Assembly: GCF_033153115.1 (NCBI RefSeq)
Contig: NW_026889779.1
Span: 32,054,001 to 32,118,000, forward strand
DNA: 64,000 bases
Direction of reading: 5' to 3'
From: Saccostrea echinata
Lineage: Eukaryota
Shown here: piece after piece, positions 62,128 through 64,000 of the stretch
Layout: every line of letters begins with the position of its first letter
Position numbering within the stretch: the stretch's first letter is position 1
Program-made: the position numbers and the translations under genes
The notes under the pieces: model-generated
What the model was told of the DNA's origin: nothing
Database searches by the model: none
What the model saw: the letters and a program-made list of their open reading frames with translations, nothing else

Positions 62128-62601
62128 TAGTAATAGCTGTCCGTTGTCAATGACCGGTGTGAAACTTTTATTTGTAGATATAGATGGTGTTCTGTAAGGC
62201 GATAAACAGAAAATGGTAATCATGAACAGAGAGGTGGAGAGCAATTATTTATCTCATTCATCATGTAAAACATCGTCAACACCGCAAAAACATGGATGTT
62301 TATATAAATTGTTATAATAATTATAGAAAATCAAATCAAATCACTTTTAACATCACCTTTCATAATGAATTTGCAAAAGAACAGACGAGAATTCTCCCTA
62401 TAAAGTTTATTGAACCCATGTATTTTCAGTGTTTATGACAATGGGTATGTAAGGCACATTGGTAGGCTAGGCCCAATAACAAATAATGACAAAAAGTTGT
62501 AAGATTGTTTCGAATATATTTTAAAATATCAGCTTGATATATATAAGAAGTTGTTTATCATTATTAAGCATTAAACTGATACTGGCCTTACTTTTAATTT
62601 G

Positions 62602-62605
<4 letters not shown>

Positions 62606-62690
<85 letters not shown>
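62606..62690. repeat. (TA)n microsatellite
   Basis: ~42 TA units. Confidence 0.95.
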
Positions 62691-62693
<3 letters not shown>

Positions 62694-64000
62694 ATGTGTA
62701 ATACACTGCATGAAAAAAAAACCCGCCAACATAGACCCAAAATATGCTTCACAAAACATGCTGTAAACCAATGGTATTCCGACAATTGTCTAAAATTTTA
62801 GATGGTTAGACCTCATTGAAAGGCAATCCGGGAGGAAACGGATGAAGATCATCGACGAAAACTGAATCCTGAATGTTAAGAACACGATTGAGAGCTACCG
62901 AGGTTACACAATGTTTTAGAAAGTCTAAGTCTGCAATTTGGTGTTTAAAATAAACTAAAATATATAATATCACTTTCATTGTTTTTAAGCTGGAAAAGAA
63001 ATGGTATATGGATGTTTACGATGAGTAGATAAGGTAACCCAAATTGTACAGTATTAAACACTGTTGAGAAAATTAAAGCTCACATTTTAATGATGCCAAT
63101 GACGTCAAAGATTTTGCTACACCGTGACTTGAAAAAAAAATTTGTCTTTCAAGTGATCATCCAAGTCACATGATATCCAACAATTTTACGGTACTCGTAT
63201 ACAAATTAAATAAAACAACCGAGTTCACCATGTAATGACATGTTAAGAATGCATTTCATAGCTTCGGGAAGTTATAACAATGCTGCTAGGCCTGTTATAT
63301 GTATATGTCATGTACCCTTTATTGGTGATGGTGCGTTAAATATTAATGTATCGTTGACGATGTAGTGAACATCATTTTAACACTGAGCGTGTGTGGAGGA
63401 TGGTATCTTGAAACGAAGTATAGGTAAATATGCCAAGGATTTAAAAGGAGCTGTACGATGAGTTAGCAGATTCTCTGTATCAAATATAGCCTAGCATTAA
63501 CCAACTTCTTCTTGGTACATATATTTTCTTGACAAGATTTCCAAATAAGAGATAACATTTTCAGGAATAAGAAGTGATTGTTCCTTATGTTTTCAGTTTT
63601 TAAACATCTTAGTGAAGGAATAGCAATAATAAATGGATCTGTATCCTTAAACTGACAAAGAAACATCTAGAGTGTCACAAATCAAAATGAAAGGGAAAAC
63701 CACGAAGAAAACAACCCATCTTTTATGAAGGTAAGGCTTCTTTACATGTTTTATAACAGATTATCAAAAAGAATTAGGATATTGTAGTTTATTTTATGAT
63801 CTTTTCATGTATTTTCTGCCTGGATTGTTCAATAGTTCCTACTCTTTGCATATTGCATTGTTTACTTTGGTAAAAACTTAACTTAATTGCTCATGAACTT
63901 TCTAAATGAAAAGAAACAGAACTGTTTTAAGAATCATATTGATATGAATTTTTATTGTAACACGTTTGTTTGTTTTTTTATTAACGTTGGTGGAATGGTC

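Noticed and set aside
62835-62870. Second hammerhead-like motif (CGGATGA..GAAA)
   Set aside because: Core is mutated and the stems are not convincing
63597-63730. Exon-like segment (TTTCAG ... AAG|GTAAGG)
   Set aside because: Splice signals only, no convincing reading frame or partner exon

Overview
AT-rich eukaryotic genomic DNA with spliceosomal introns. The repeat families and IAP types suggest a bivalve, probably an oyster (inference). Four protein-coding loci can be built by hand: (1) a single-coding-exon DUF229/alkaline-phosphatase-superfamily membrane protein (817-2766, +); (2, 3) two divergently oriented IAP paralogues with the same 4-exon BIR-like/BIR/UBA-like/RING layout (4581-6996 on -, 17233-18915 on +), the second carrying a +1 frameshift in a G-run; (4) a complete 15-exon ATAD3 (23451-33636, +). 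The rest is a dense transposon mosaic: a decayed Crypton tyrosine-recombinase element, Tc1/mariner remnants, Harbinger-, hAT- and Kolobok-like MITEs, Helentron/HINE-like elements with ~160-bp arrays, Penelope-like retroelements (Naiad-like RT, GIY-YIG fragment with hammerhead motif, ~13 dispersed 3' tails) and tRNA-derived repeats next to two assembly gaps. Most unusual observations: two independent tandem amplifications of ATAD3 exon boundaries (about 20 copies of the Walker B acceptor site, 4 copies of an exon 3 donor), a shared truncated BIR with an extra Cys in both IAPs, and nine RFX X-box-like palindromes phased at ~175 bp upstream of the second IAP. I see no clearly novel multi-gene system. 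All calls are by eye, without database searches.
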